The position numbers and the translations under genes are program-made. This document shows, one piece after another, positions 40,664-49,472 of a DNA stretch of 64,000 bases. The notes under the pieces were generated by a model. That model had not been told where the DNA came from and searched no databases. It was given only the letters and a program-made list of their open reading frames with translations. The DNA lies in assembly GCA_044869275.1 (NCBI GenBank), contig JBIOXB010000223.1:120816-184815 (forward strand). Direction: 5' to 3'. The stretch comes from a bacterium. Lineage in GTDB: Bacteria > Zhuqueibacterota > Zhuqueibacteria > Zhuqueibacterales > Zhuqueibacteraceae. The number at the start of each line of letters is the position of its first letter. Position 1 is the stretch's first letter.

Positions 40664-42075
40664 TTTGTCCCTTGCGTGTGCTTGATCAATTCGTGGTCGG
40701 ACCTCAACATTTTTATACAATTCATCAACGCCCGCGATTCGTGGTAGTTCACTTTCCATTCCGAGCCTTTTGCGCTTTGCCATTGGTCCGGACTGTTGTC
40801 CAGACCTTCCTTGTACCAGCCGCCGTGCTCATGATCGATGAGATACGCGTTCATATACTGCCATTGTTTGTGGAAGGCCTCCTCATACTTTTTTTCATGC
40901 GGAAAGAGCTTGGCCATCAGAAGCAGAACGTTGAGCCCCTCGGCCTGGGCCCACCAGGTCTTTGCTGCGTTGATGATGGTGATGGAATCGGAATGGCCAA
41001 AATAGTATCCCTCATAATAAAATCCGCCTTTGTCGTCATCCCAGCCCTTGGCAAGCGCATGGTCGACCATTCTTTTTGCCGCGATCAATGTGGTCGTGTC
41101 AGATTCGAGTTCCAACACATGGGATGCTTCCAACATGAGATAGGCTGTTTCCACGTCATGGCCAAAGGAAACATGGTCGAAAAAATAATTGGCTTTCCGT
41201 ACCGTTTCGGAGGAATCACGAAAAGACACCGGCGTCCAATCTCTTTCCAAATACAGTGTCAAGCAGCCCCTTGCAGTGGCAATGGTATCTCGTATCAAGA
41301 CGAGCATTTCAAAAAGACGACGGCGCAAAAGACTATCCGGCCAGATGCTAAATAGCGCCGTAAAAGCCTCGAGCAAGTGAATCGAGGAATTCTGATCTTT
41401 CCAATTTGCTCTAGCTAGTTCGCGGCCATTTAGATTGGAGTTGCTTTGCGACAACCACGAACCGTCCCGTGCCAGACGGTCAAAGTATCCCCGGAATTCT
41501 GGGTCGTGATGGTGCTTATCAAGCCACCAGAAAGTTTGCTGCGCGAGACGCAGCGCCGAACTATCTCCCGACATGGCGAAATAAGAGACAAGAGCATAGA
41601 TGGCAAAGGCGTTGCCATAGGCAGTCTTGCCATCCTCAAAGGCTCCGGAGAGAGGTTCCCCGGCACGGCTTCGCCGCCAGTAAAAACCGCCATAAGTTTC
41701 GTCCCACATTTTGTTGCTTAGAAAATAAAGGCCATGCGCAGCAATGCCGCGATATTTGTCTTCGTTGAAAAACATGGCGGCTTGTGAGGCCGTCCACACC
41801 TGCCTGCTTTGCGTCACGATCATTTTGTTTTGTCCCGACCCTTCGGGATGCCAATCATAAGTAAAATCACTGAGAAACCCCCCGTACACCGTGTCCAAGC
41901 AGGCCGGATACCAAGCGTTTAAGAGCTCTTGTCGCAGCGATTTCTCCATCGCAGCGATTAATTCCTGGTTGCTTTCGGTGTTATGCGAAGAGGCACATCC
42001 CGAAGAAATAATAACCAGCAAGAGACCCAAGACCGTGAGACGATTGATTTGTTCAGGCTTTGACAGTTTTATCAT
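40660..42075 (-). CDS. Cellobiose/mannobiose 2-epimerase (AGE family) with lipoprotein signal
   Basis: KDQNSSIHLLEA, SFGHDVETAYL, WWAQAE and WKVNYH; ISSGC lipobox. Confidence 0.9.
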   Translation of the reverse strand: MIKLSKPEQINRLTVLGLLLVIISSGCASSHNTESNQELIAAMEKSLRQELLNAWYPACLDTVYGGFLSDFTYDWHPEGSGQNKMIVTQSRQVWTASQAAMFFNEDKYRGIAAHGLYFLSNKMWDETYGGFYWRRSRAGEPLSGAFEDGKTAYGNAFAIYALVSYFAMSGDSSALRLAQQTFWWLDKHHHDPEFRGYFDRLARDGSWLSQSNSNLNGRELARANWKDQNSSIHLLEAFTALFSIWPDSLLRRRLFEMLVLIRDTIATARGCLTLYLERDWTPVSFRDSSETVRKANYFFDHVSFGHDVETAYLMLEASHVLELESDTTTLIAAKRMVDHALAKGWDDDKGGFYYEGYYFGHSDSITIINAAKTWWAQAEGLNVLLLMAKLFPHEKKYEEAFHKQWQYMNAYLIDHEHGGWYKEGLDNSPDQWQSAKGSEWKVNYHESRALMNCIKMLRSDHELIKHTQGTK

Positions 42076-42324
42076 CGGGGGAATGTCCTGGCCAAATTTG
42101 AGCAAGTGGGCAATTAGCAAAATAAACTCAGAATAAAATCTGAAAGTCCTTATGACCAACCGATTGATTGAAAGCAACGGATAATTTGGCAAGGTTGTGT
42201 TGAATTGAATAAAAGCCAAGACAGAAAAATGAAAGACAGAAAGATGGTAATAAACCTCTGAAGCTTCATACTCCATCCTTTCGGAGAGTTGCATTTTCAA
42301 GCGGGACCTTAACCTTCCCTCGAC

Positions 42325-44583
42325 CTATTTGAGTTTGAGAAATTTGTGCGAGGCCGTCCAGTTGCTTCCAGTCAATCTCAAGAAATACACCCCCGCGGGC
42401 AAAGAACTGGTACTCATTGCAATCTGCGGTTGATGCTGGCTGAACTGCGCGGTCTGACTCTGCAACAACTGCCCCGTGACATTGTAGAGATTGACGACCA
42501 CACCGGCCGCGGCTTGATTGAGTCTGATCCTCAGCAAGTTTCCCGCGGTTACGGGATTGGGGTAGAGGTAGGAAAGAGGCACGGTGCCGGCAGAAGATGG
42601 TGTATCTATAACCTCGCCGGCAAAATAGCGCTCCGCCAGGCTGAAAGCATTGGCGGCGATTTTTTGACCGATGATGCGGCCCGGAATGTCGTCAATCGGC
42701 GGATGGATGCCGCCCCAAATCCGTGAGAGGCTGCATTGATCGGAGGCATCGCGATAGGTTGCCCACTGCATGGTGAGATCGACACTGGGTCCTTCTTCGA
42801 AAACTAGAAACTCATTCTTTTTGCAGTGAAATTCTCCCAAACCTCCGGGAAAGAACGCATCACCGGTCAGAAGTGTCATGATCTCCGCGGCGGTGCGGGA
42901 ATAAGTGGAGTGGCCGGAAATGTACCCGGCAAATGGCGGCGTGACGAAGGTTGGCCGCTGATAGGGCCACCAATAATCGGCCAGAATCCAGCCCACACCG
43001 GCAGCGTCGGTTGCCGGGTCTGCAATGTAGTCGTGCCCGCGCCAGGTGTATAATTTGATCTTGCCAATATTTTCGCCACTATCGCCCGCTAGCGGGTCGC
43101 CGGCTTTTATGGTCTCGATAAACCCCTCCACGAGTGGAATACCAGCGGGCGAATAGTTCGGAAGGTTAGGGTCTGTGCTCTGGCCACGGTCGGCCATGTA
43201 ACGAATGGCTGAAATCGGACGAACATAATCGTACCAGCCTTTGATACCCCATGCGGTGATCGCGGCATCGTGCATTGCTCCGCCCAGGATAAAATAGGTC
43301 TTCACCTCCCACTCCAGATTATCCACGATCGGCCCCTGGCCTTTAAACCGTTTTTCGAACAAAGGATGATCATTGACGTAGTTTAGAATCGTAAACCAAT
43401 GGCCGGGAGGCGTTTCGGACTGCGGCCCGTCGGCCCAAAATTCGGCAAGTGCGCGCGCATAGTCGCCGCGAGGCACGAGCTGGGGCGTATAAGGCTGGCC
43501 GGTGCGTGGATTCACCTGGTATCCTTTACCCGCGTCTCCTCCTTCGAGCAGGTTGTAGAAGTTGCGATATTCCGCCACGGTTTGCGGAAGCTGCTGCACA
43601 TTTCCCAGGGAAGCCGGCGAGATGTCCCACATCACGCCATCGCCGGGGTCGAGATGGCTTTGCCAAATAGACACCAAGACAAACGACCATTTGTAATCAT
43701 CCGCCAGCCCCTGTGGTGCATTCAAAGTATCGAGAAGGGGCGGACTTCCGGGATCGTGATAAACGCAGTACAAAAATCCGTCGCGGTCGTAAACTTTCAG
43801 ATCTCCGGGCGCCAGCGCGAACGGCGACACCTGCCCCCATTCCGGACCGATGAATTTTGGCGTATTACCGGGGACAACATTGCCGGCCTGATCAATGAAT
43901 ACTTCAAGCGTGAGGGGCTGCCAGCGATTGGGGTCGATGCAATCGGGATTGCCGGGCAAGACGGGTATTAGTGATGGATTGAAAGGCTGGTAATCGACGT
44001 AAGCGTAGTTGTTTTGTTCGTTGGAGCCATCCTGCAAACCAAAATCGATGAAGCTCTGCGCAATATAGTTTCCCAGCGCAGCCGGAGATCCGGTGGCGTA
44101 ATTCGTCGCCGTATTGGCGGGGTCATACCCCAACGCCGCCAACAGAGAATCCAATCGGGGCAGGGTGACTGCCGCGCCGGGCGAGTTTTTGAAACGGTGC
44201 CGGAGCAAGCGGTAGGCGGCATAGCTGATCGCCTCTGCTCGCGCTCTCTTAACCTCGGCCGGAGGGCTGATGCCGTCAAAGGGGCAGGTATAGCCGCGTA
44301 TAGTCTTGCCCAACAAGTAGGTCGCCGCGGCATTGTCGTATGCGGCCCACGCATCATACATGGCGGCGGAAACGTGAAACAGATTGCGCGCATGAATCGG
44401 CGGCCGGGCAAAATCTTTTCGAATCGAGGCCAGCAGCGCCTCGTTCCAGACGCGGGCAATGGAGTGCTGGGTCTGCGCAGGACATGCGCTGCAGAAAACA
44501 AGTGCGATTGCAAACGCAGAAAACCAATTTCGATTCAACTCCGCTACGAGCTTGAATCTGTTGTGCCATGATTGCGCTTTCAT
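42325..44583 (-). CDS. Vanadium-dependent haloperoxidase-like (PAP2 superfamily) protein with C-terminal sorting domain
   Basis: KGWYDYVRP, PPFAGYISGHS and SRIWGGIHPPID motifs; LYPNP...GVYFLRL...KFLKLK CTD. Confidence 0.88.
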   Translation of the reverse strand: MKAQSWHNRFKLVAELNRNWFSAFAIALVFCSACPAQTQHSIARVWNEALLASIRKDFARPPIHARNLFHVSAAMYDAWAAYDNAAATYLLGKTIRGYTCPFDGISPPAEVKRARAEAISYAAYRLLRHRFKNSPGAAVTLPRLDSLLAALGYDPANTATNYATGSPAALGNYIAQSFIDFGLQDGSNEQNNYAYVDYQPFNPSLIPVLPGNPDCIDPNRWQPLTLEVFIDQAGNVVPGNTPKFIGPEWGQVSPFALAPGDLKVYDRDGFLYCVYHDPGSPPLLDTLNAPQGLADDYKWSFVLVSIWQSHLDPGDGVMWDISPASLGNVQQLPQTVAEYRNFYNLLEGGDAGKGYQVNPRTGQPYTPQLVPRGDYARALAEFWADGPQSETPPGHWFTILNYVNDHPLFEKRFKGQGPIVDNLEWEVKTYFILGGAMHDAAITAWGIKGWYDYVRPISAIRYMADRGQSTDPNLPNYSPAGIPLVEGFIETIKAGDPLAGDSGENIGKIKLYTWRGHDYIADPATDAAGVGWILADYWWPYQRPTFVTPPFAGYISGHSTYSRTAAEIMTLLTGDAFFPGGLGEFHCKKNEFLVFEEGPSVDLTMQWATYRDASDQCSLSRIWGGIHPPIDDIPGRIIGQKIAANAFSLAERYFAGEVIDTPSSAGTVPLSYLYPNPVTAGNLLRIRLNQAAAGVVVNLYNVTGQLLQSQTAQFSQHQPQIAMSTSSLPAGVYFLRLTGSNWTASHKFLKLK

Positions 44584-44664
44584 CTCTTCTCCTCCATGAA
44601 AAAATATGAAAAACGAAGCGGCTGTTTTCCACTGGAAGAGCCCGGGCTCAGAATGGCCCCGAGG

Positions 44665-44755
44665 CAGACGTGAGACGTCAGACGTGAGACGTGAGAGGTG
44701 GAACGCGCATTTGGCGTCACACGTTTGACGTCTCACCTCTTACGTCTCACGTCTG
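44665..44755. repeat. Heptamer (AGACGTG)n array followed by its inverted complement
   Basis: cagacgtgagacgtcagacgtgagacgtgag ... gacgtctcacctcttacgtctcacgtctg. Confidence 0.85.
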
Positions 44756-44758
44756 GCC

Positions 44759-46627
44759 TTATTTCAAGTAAAGCACCCTGCCGAATCCAGGTTTGCCCAT
44801 TCTATTATAGATCTTTAACTGGTAAAAGTAAATCCCCGAGCTCGCCGGTTTGGAGTTATTACCGGTGGCATCCCATCTCATCATCTTCTCGCCGGCGGTG
44901 GAGAAAGATTCTCTGAGGACTTGTACGGTCTGGCCCTGCGCATTGACGATCTGCAATTCCACCTCGCCCGGAATACCCAGCTCGAATCGAATCTGCGTGA
45001 CGCCATTGAAGGGATTGGGATAATTGCCCACCAGTCGCAACGCCTCCGGCATAGTTGTTTGGCTTGCCGTTGTCTCTCTGACGCCGCTCACAATGCCACT
45101 TCTCTCTTTTATCTTAATGGTCTGATTGATTTCCACCGCCCCGAGGGCCTCGGTGTAACCACTGGGCCACTTGACGGTTATCCGCTCAATGGTTTGGGCC
45201 TCGCTCAGCCCAAAATGCAAAGGCAAAATGTTTTGCGCGAGGAACTGCGCCCCATGATGGTATTTCTGATAAGATTTGCCATTGGCCCGCACTTCCACGA
45301 CAGTGCCAAATGCATCCCGATTCGATTCCGTGCCTTCGAGCTTCACGTTGAGCCAATTGCCCTGCGCCATGGGATTTTCGTAAAGGAAAGGCGCTTCAAA
45401 GAAATTCGAAATCAGCAGATCCGTGTCCCCGTCATTGTCGTAATCGAACACCGCCACACCCCGGGCCACGGTGCTGTCATCAAGTCCGACCTGAGGCGAG
45501 ATTTTTTCGAAATGAGCCGTGCCTGCTTCCGACTGATTGCGAAAGAGCACATGGGCGAATTCCGGAACGAAATTATTGGTGACCACAAACAAATCCTCGT
45601 CACCGTCATTCTCGAGATCGAAGAATTCCGTGCCCCAACCCCATCCGGCCAGAGAAACCCCTGCCGGCACCGAATAATTGATGAAATAATTCTGGCCGGT
45701 ATTGAGGAAAAGCGGATTGGTTTCCTGGTCAAACCCTGCTTCCGTTATATTCGTGACGTAGATATCAAAGTAGCCATTGCCATCACAATCGCTGACCGCC
45801 ATGCCCATGCCGTGAAAATTGCTTTCCAGGCGGAAGTCGGCCGTCTTCTCCTTAAAGGTTTTGTTGCCGTTGTTCAGATAGAACTTATTGGGGCCGAAAT
45901 CATTTGCCAGATAAAGATCCAAATGGCCGTCGTTGTTGGCATCGATGGGCACGGTTGTCCAGGTGGCGCCAGGGTCGGCCGTGCCGCTGGCGGCGGAAAC
46001 ATTCAGAAACTGGCCATTGCCGAGATTCTCATAGAGCTTATTGCTCCGATCCGCAGGCGAGGCGAAGAATTCGGCATAAATGGAGATGTACAAATCCAAA
46101 TCGCCGTCCCGGTCATAGTCGAACCAAAGCGCGCTGCTGCTCAACTGGTTGCGGCGGGTGGTCACGCCGGATTGGGCCGTGACCTCCGTGAACGTGCCGT
46201 CGCCATTGTTATGAAAGAGTTGGTTAGGGCCAAAGTGTGTCAAGAAAAGGTCAGGCCAGCCGTCATTATCGTAATCGCCCCAGGAGGCACCCATTTTGTT
46301 GCCCATGCCATTGGGATTGGCCGCGGTATTGGAGTTTCGCCCTGCCAAGCCCGCCAGGGATGTGACGTCGAGAAACGTGCCGTCTCCGCGGTTGGAGAAT
46401 AGCCGGTTCCATGTGTTTGGCTCATTAGAGCGATAGGAATCTTGAATCACGAAGTATATGTCCAAGTCGCCATCGCGGTCGTAGTCGGCCAAAGCCAAGC
46501 CATTCGTGCGGGCCACCGCGCCGAGACCTGCATCTTGCGTGCGTCGTATAAAGCTCTGTGCCCTGCCGTGTTCGGGTGTGGCGAGCAGGGATATGAGACT
46601 CAGCAACAATCCAATCCTGCGCGCCAT
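44759..46627 (-). CDS. CRTAC1/ASPIC-UnbV protein with FG-GAP repeats and C-terminal sorting domain
   Basis: About seven DYDxDGxxD repeats; SNRDAFG...LHFGL...VKWPSG ASPIC domain; GNYPNPFN CTD. The start may instead be 46666. Confidence 0.9.
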   Translation of the reverse strand: MARRIGLLLSLISLLATPEHGRAQSFIRRTQDAGLGAVARTNGLALADYDRDGDLDIYFVIQDSYRSNEPNTWNRLFSNRGDGTFLDVTSLAGLAGRNSNTAANPNGMGNKMGASWGDYDNDGWPDLFLTHFGPNQLFHNNGDGTFTEVTAQSGVTTRRNQLSSSALWFDYDRDGDLDLYISIYAEFFASPADRSNKLYENLGNGQFLNVSAASGTADPGATWTTVPIDANNDGHLDLYLANDFGPNKFYLNNGNKTFKEKTADFRLESNFHGMGMAVSDCDGNGYFDIYVTNITEAGFDQETNPLFLNTGQNYFINYSVPAGVSLAGWGWGTEFFDLENDGDEDLFVVTNNFVPEFAHVLFRNQSEAGTAHFEKISPQVGLDDSTVARGVAVFDYDNDGDTDLLISNFFEAPFLYENPMAQGNWLNVKLEGTESNRDAFGTVVEVRANGKSYQKYHHGAQFLAQNILPLHFGLSEAQTIERITVKWPSGYTEALGAVEINQTIKIKERSGIVSGVRETTASQTTMPEALRLVGNYPNPFNGVTQIRFELGIPGEVELQIVNAQGQTVQVLRESFSTAGEKMMRWDATGNNSKPASSGIYFYQLKIYNRMGKPGFGRVLYLK

Positions 46628-46760
46628 CCCATTGCAGCGCCAACTGGCGAAATTCAAATCGTTCATGAGCAATACTCCATAAAAAAACAAGGCGGCCAGC
46701 AAGAATCCATGTTGCCATGCCGGCCGCCCGTTCCCTCCTCCTCTTAGCAGTATAGCGGCG

Positions 46761-49298
46761 CTACTTGATGAGCAACATGCGTTTCTGCAATTCAAAATCG
46801 CCGGCTTCCAGGCGGTAGAAATACACGCCGGAAGTCAGACGCCGGGCGTCGAACTGAACCGTATGGGAGCCGGCATCCATGCGGCTATCCAGAAGCGTAG
46901 CGACTTTTTGGCCCAGGACGTTAAATACCGTCAACTTTACTTGGGAAGGATTGCCCAAGGCAAAGTTGATCGTGGTCGTGGGATTGAAGGGGTTAGGATA
47001 GTTCTGCGCCAGGCCGTAGCCTAGCGGCACATTGTTGCGCTCCGAAACTGAAACCCTAATTTCCTCGATCAACTGAACATAGTCCACTCTGAGCTGATTT
47101 CCGCTCAAAGTGACGGCATGAGATCCAGCGGTTAATGTAAACGCGGGATCAGTCAAAAGGTCGAGGCCGGTTGAATCCGTGTTGCTATTGAAATTAACGG
47201 AACCGACGGATGATCCATCTACTTGGAGTTGTCCCGTTTGCGGGCCGCTGTAATTCTGGTAGAATACCCGCAGCCTGTATTGTCCGGTGGCCGGTACATT
47301 GAAGTTCCAGGAGACGCTTCCGTTTGTATTCAGCGCCACCGACTTGAACTCACTGGGCGTCCAGGGCTTGCCTTCACCAACCGGTATCACCAGATCGTGG
47401 GCGGTAACATCGGGCGCCTTTAACTGCAGGACTGTAACTCCTCCTTGCCTGATGTCAATTCCGCTGAAGTGCTGGTATCCCCAAGAAGAGGAAATGCGAA
47501 TGAAATTCTGGCCCGCAGGCAGATCTAACCTTTCCGCGCGTCCATCCGGAGCCGCCAGAAGACCAGCTTGCGTGATGGTCGTGGTAAACCACTCATTGGT
47601 AGGATCACCCAAGCTGGATGACCAAAAGTATTCTCCATAACCCGAGTTGTTGCGAAGCGAGAGATTCGGATCAGTCGTGTTGACCAGGATTCTCTGCCCT
47701 CTATCACTGTTGCCGCGTAAATGAGTGGATACCAGCAAGTCCACCACACCTGCTTGTGGCAGATTGAAAGTCCACTCCATGTAGCCACCGCCGTCCATCT
47801 GGTAATAAGAGAACCCTTGAAACGGCTCGATCACAGCGTCGCCAGCCAATGCGCCGACTTCCGCTTCCACCGTTCCTCGCACCTCGAAGCTGGGCGGTTT
47901 CGGGCCGATGTCATGGATGGCGGCGATATATTGATCGCGGTTGGCATCAAATTGCGCCTTCTGCGTTGGGAACCAGTTCAGGTCACCAAGCGGAAGGCCG
48001 TCGGTGCCTGCCGTCCGAAGCTGGGTATTGGTGTAGGAAAAATTCTCCGGCAAAGGCCAGCTGGGGCAGGTGTGGCAAAGAGTTCCGGGAGCGTCTTCCG
48101 GAATCTTCCAGAAATATGGAACGCCTGTCTGTCCGGCGCGCGTAGCCTCAATAGCTGCAATCATGGCATCATAGATTTCCGGTGTCGTGGTTGCTAATCC
48201 CGGATCAGCCCAAAGGGTGTCCTGAATCACCATGGCATCGTACAGGTCAAGAAAGTCCTCCTTCGTCACGCGGTTGATAAACGGCTGGTTGCTCAGGCTA
48301 TTGGCGGCGTGGTAGTCTACAAAGCGCTGCGTCAGCCAGGCAGAAGTATTGGTAAAAACGATTTTGCGCCCCAGCTCCGGCCCGTATTTCGACGGCAAAG
48401 CGGCAATACTCCACAGGCCGGTAACCGTCGCTCTGGGATCGCGGCCGGGGCCGAAATCAGCGGTGCCTTCACTGTGCCAGAAGCCATTGTAGATCAGGTT
48501 GTTCGCAAAGTATGCCTCCTGATACCAGTTGCCCACGATGAGGTTGCGTCCAAAATTTACCAGTGTGTTGTGGTTGAACAGGAGGTAATTCGCGGAGCCT
48601 TGTTCGAGCTGAAACGGGGTAAAGTGAATATTGAAAAAGGTGTTGTTCTCGACCACGACCGTGTCTTGATCTGCCCAGATCGAAACGCCGCGGCCTTCCC
48701 ACTGCTGCGAGACCGGGCTGCCCACCAGGTTGCGGAATACGTTATTCCTGAAGAAAATGTCGTTGTTCCTGCCGGTAAACGCCATGATGGCGAAATTGGA
48801 ACGCTCGAAGATGCAGCCCTCGATGACGAAGCGCGCGTCGCTGGCATCCACTTGGCAGGGCTGGTATCTCGTACCTTGGTCGCCCAGGTCATTCTGGCCC
48901 ATAATGTAGAGGTTCTTCAGGGTGAGACTGCTCTGGCCTCCAAACATGCGCGCAGAGACAAAGCCGGTTGCGTTGGCGACATTCTGGAGCACGGCCGGGC
49001 CTGCGTCCGCGGTCGTTCCCGGTGTCTCACCGACGATGCGCAGGTGGAATCCTACGTTATCAATGACGTCCGGATTCCAGTAGAATCCTCCTCTTTGCAG
49101 CTTATACACGCGGCCCGCAGGTCTGTTCGTATCATTGGCAATAGCGTCCCGCAGGGCATTCAAGTTGGGCACAAGGTCTCCATCTGCGTCCCACAGGACG
49201 AGGAGTTCATCTCCGGCTTGGGCAGCGGCCTGTGGTGGCTGCCCGAAAATGAATCCCGCAACGAGCGCCAGGAGAATAAATCTGTACTGAAGCTTCAT
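46761..49298 (-). CDS. Secreted parallel beta-helix protein with CBM6/35-like modules and C-terminal sorting domain
   Basis: YKLQRGGFY; NNVFRN/NNTFFN/HNTLVN/NNLIYN ladder; PLGDLNWFP; VEAE...VDYVQ jelly-roll; QNYPNPFNP CTD. Confidence 0.8.
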   Translation of the reverse strand: MKLQYRFILLALVAGFIFGQPPQAAAQAGDELLVLWDADGDLVPNLNALRDAIANDTNRPAGRVYKLQRGGFYWNPDVIDNVGFHLRIVGETPGTTADAGPAVLQNVANATGFVSARMFGGQSSLTLKNLYIMGQNDLGDQGTRYQPCQVDASDARFVIEGCIFERSNFAIMAFTGRNNDIFFRNNVFRNLVGSPVSQQWEGRGVSIWADQDTVVVENNTFFNIHFTPFQLEQGSANYLLFNHNTLVNFGRNLIVGNWYQEAYFANNLIYNGFWHSEGTADFGPGRDPRATVTGLWSIAALPSKYGPELGRKIVFTNTSAWLTQRFVDYHAANSLSNQPFINRVTKEDFLDLYDAMVIQDTLWADPGLATTTPEIYDAMIAAIEATRAGQTGVPYFWKIPEDAPGTLCHTCPSWPLPENFSYTNTQLRTAGTDGLPLGDLNWFPTQKAQFDANRDQYIAAIHDIGPKPPSFEVRGTVEAEVGALAGDAVIEPFQGFSYYQMDGGGYMEWTFNLPQAGVVDLLVSTHLRGNSDRGQRILVNTTDPNLSLRNNSGYGEYFWSSSLGDPTNEWFTTTITQAGLLAAPDGRAERLDLPAGQNFIRISSSWGYQHFSGIDIRQGGVTVLQLKAPDVTAHDLVIPVGEGKPWTPSEFKSVALNTNGSVSWNFNVPATGQYRLRVFYQNYSGPQTGQLQVDGSSVGSVNFNSNTDSTGLDLLTDPAFTLTAGSHAVTLSGNQLRVDYVQLIEEIRVSVSERNNVPLGYGLAQNYPNPFNPTTTINFALGNPSQVKLTVFNVLGQKVATLLDSRMDAGSHTVQFDARRLTSGVYFYRLEAGDFELQKRMLLIK

Positions 49299-49472
49299 CG
49301 TAAGCCTCCAATCGCGTGGTAGTGAACGGTTCTGTTGATTATGGTTTGGCGGACGCACTGACAATTTGGATGAGCAGCGGCGAAACAAGTTGTTTACGTT
49401 TCACGTCTTGCGTGATCCGTAACACGTAATGCGTAAGAATGGCTCCAGATCTTTTGCACCAGTGTCAGATTC

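Noticed and set aside
42076..42300. N-terminal extensions in the ORF track (also 28413-28574, 33679-34005, 44584-44736, 54563-54646)
   Set aside because: They run through intergenic repeats or neighbouring genes; downstream ATGs give proper signal peptides.
44665..44755. Short tandem repeats as a possible CRISPR array
   Set aside because: 7-nt units without unique spacers, and no cas genes.
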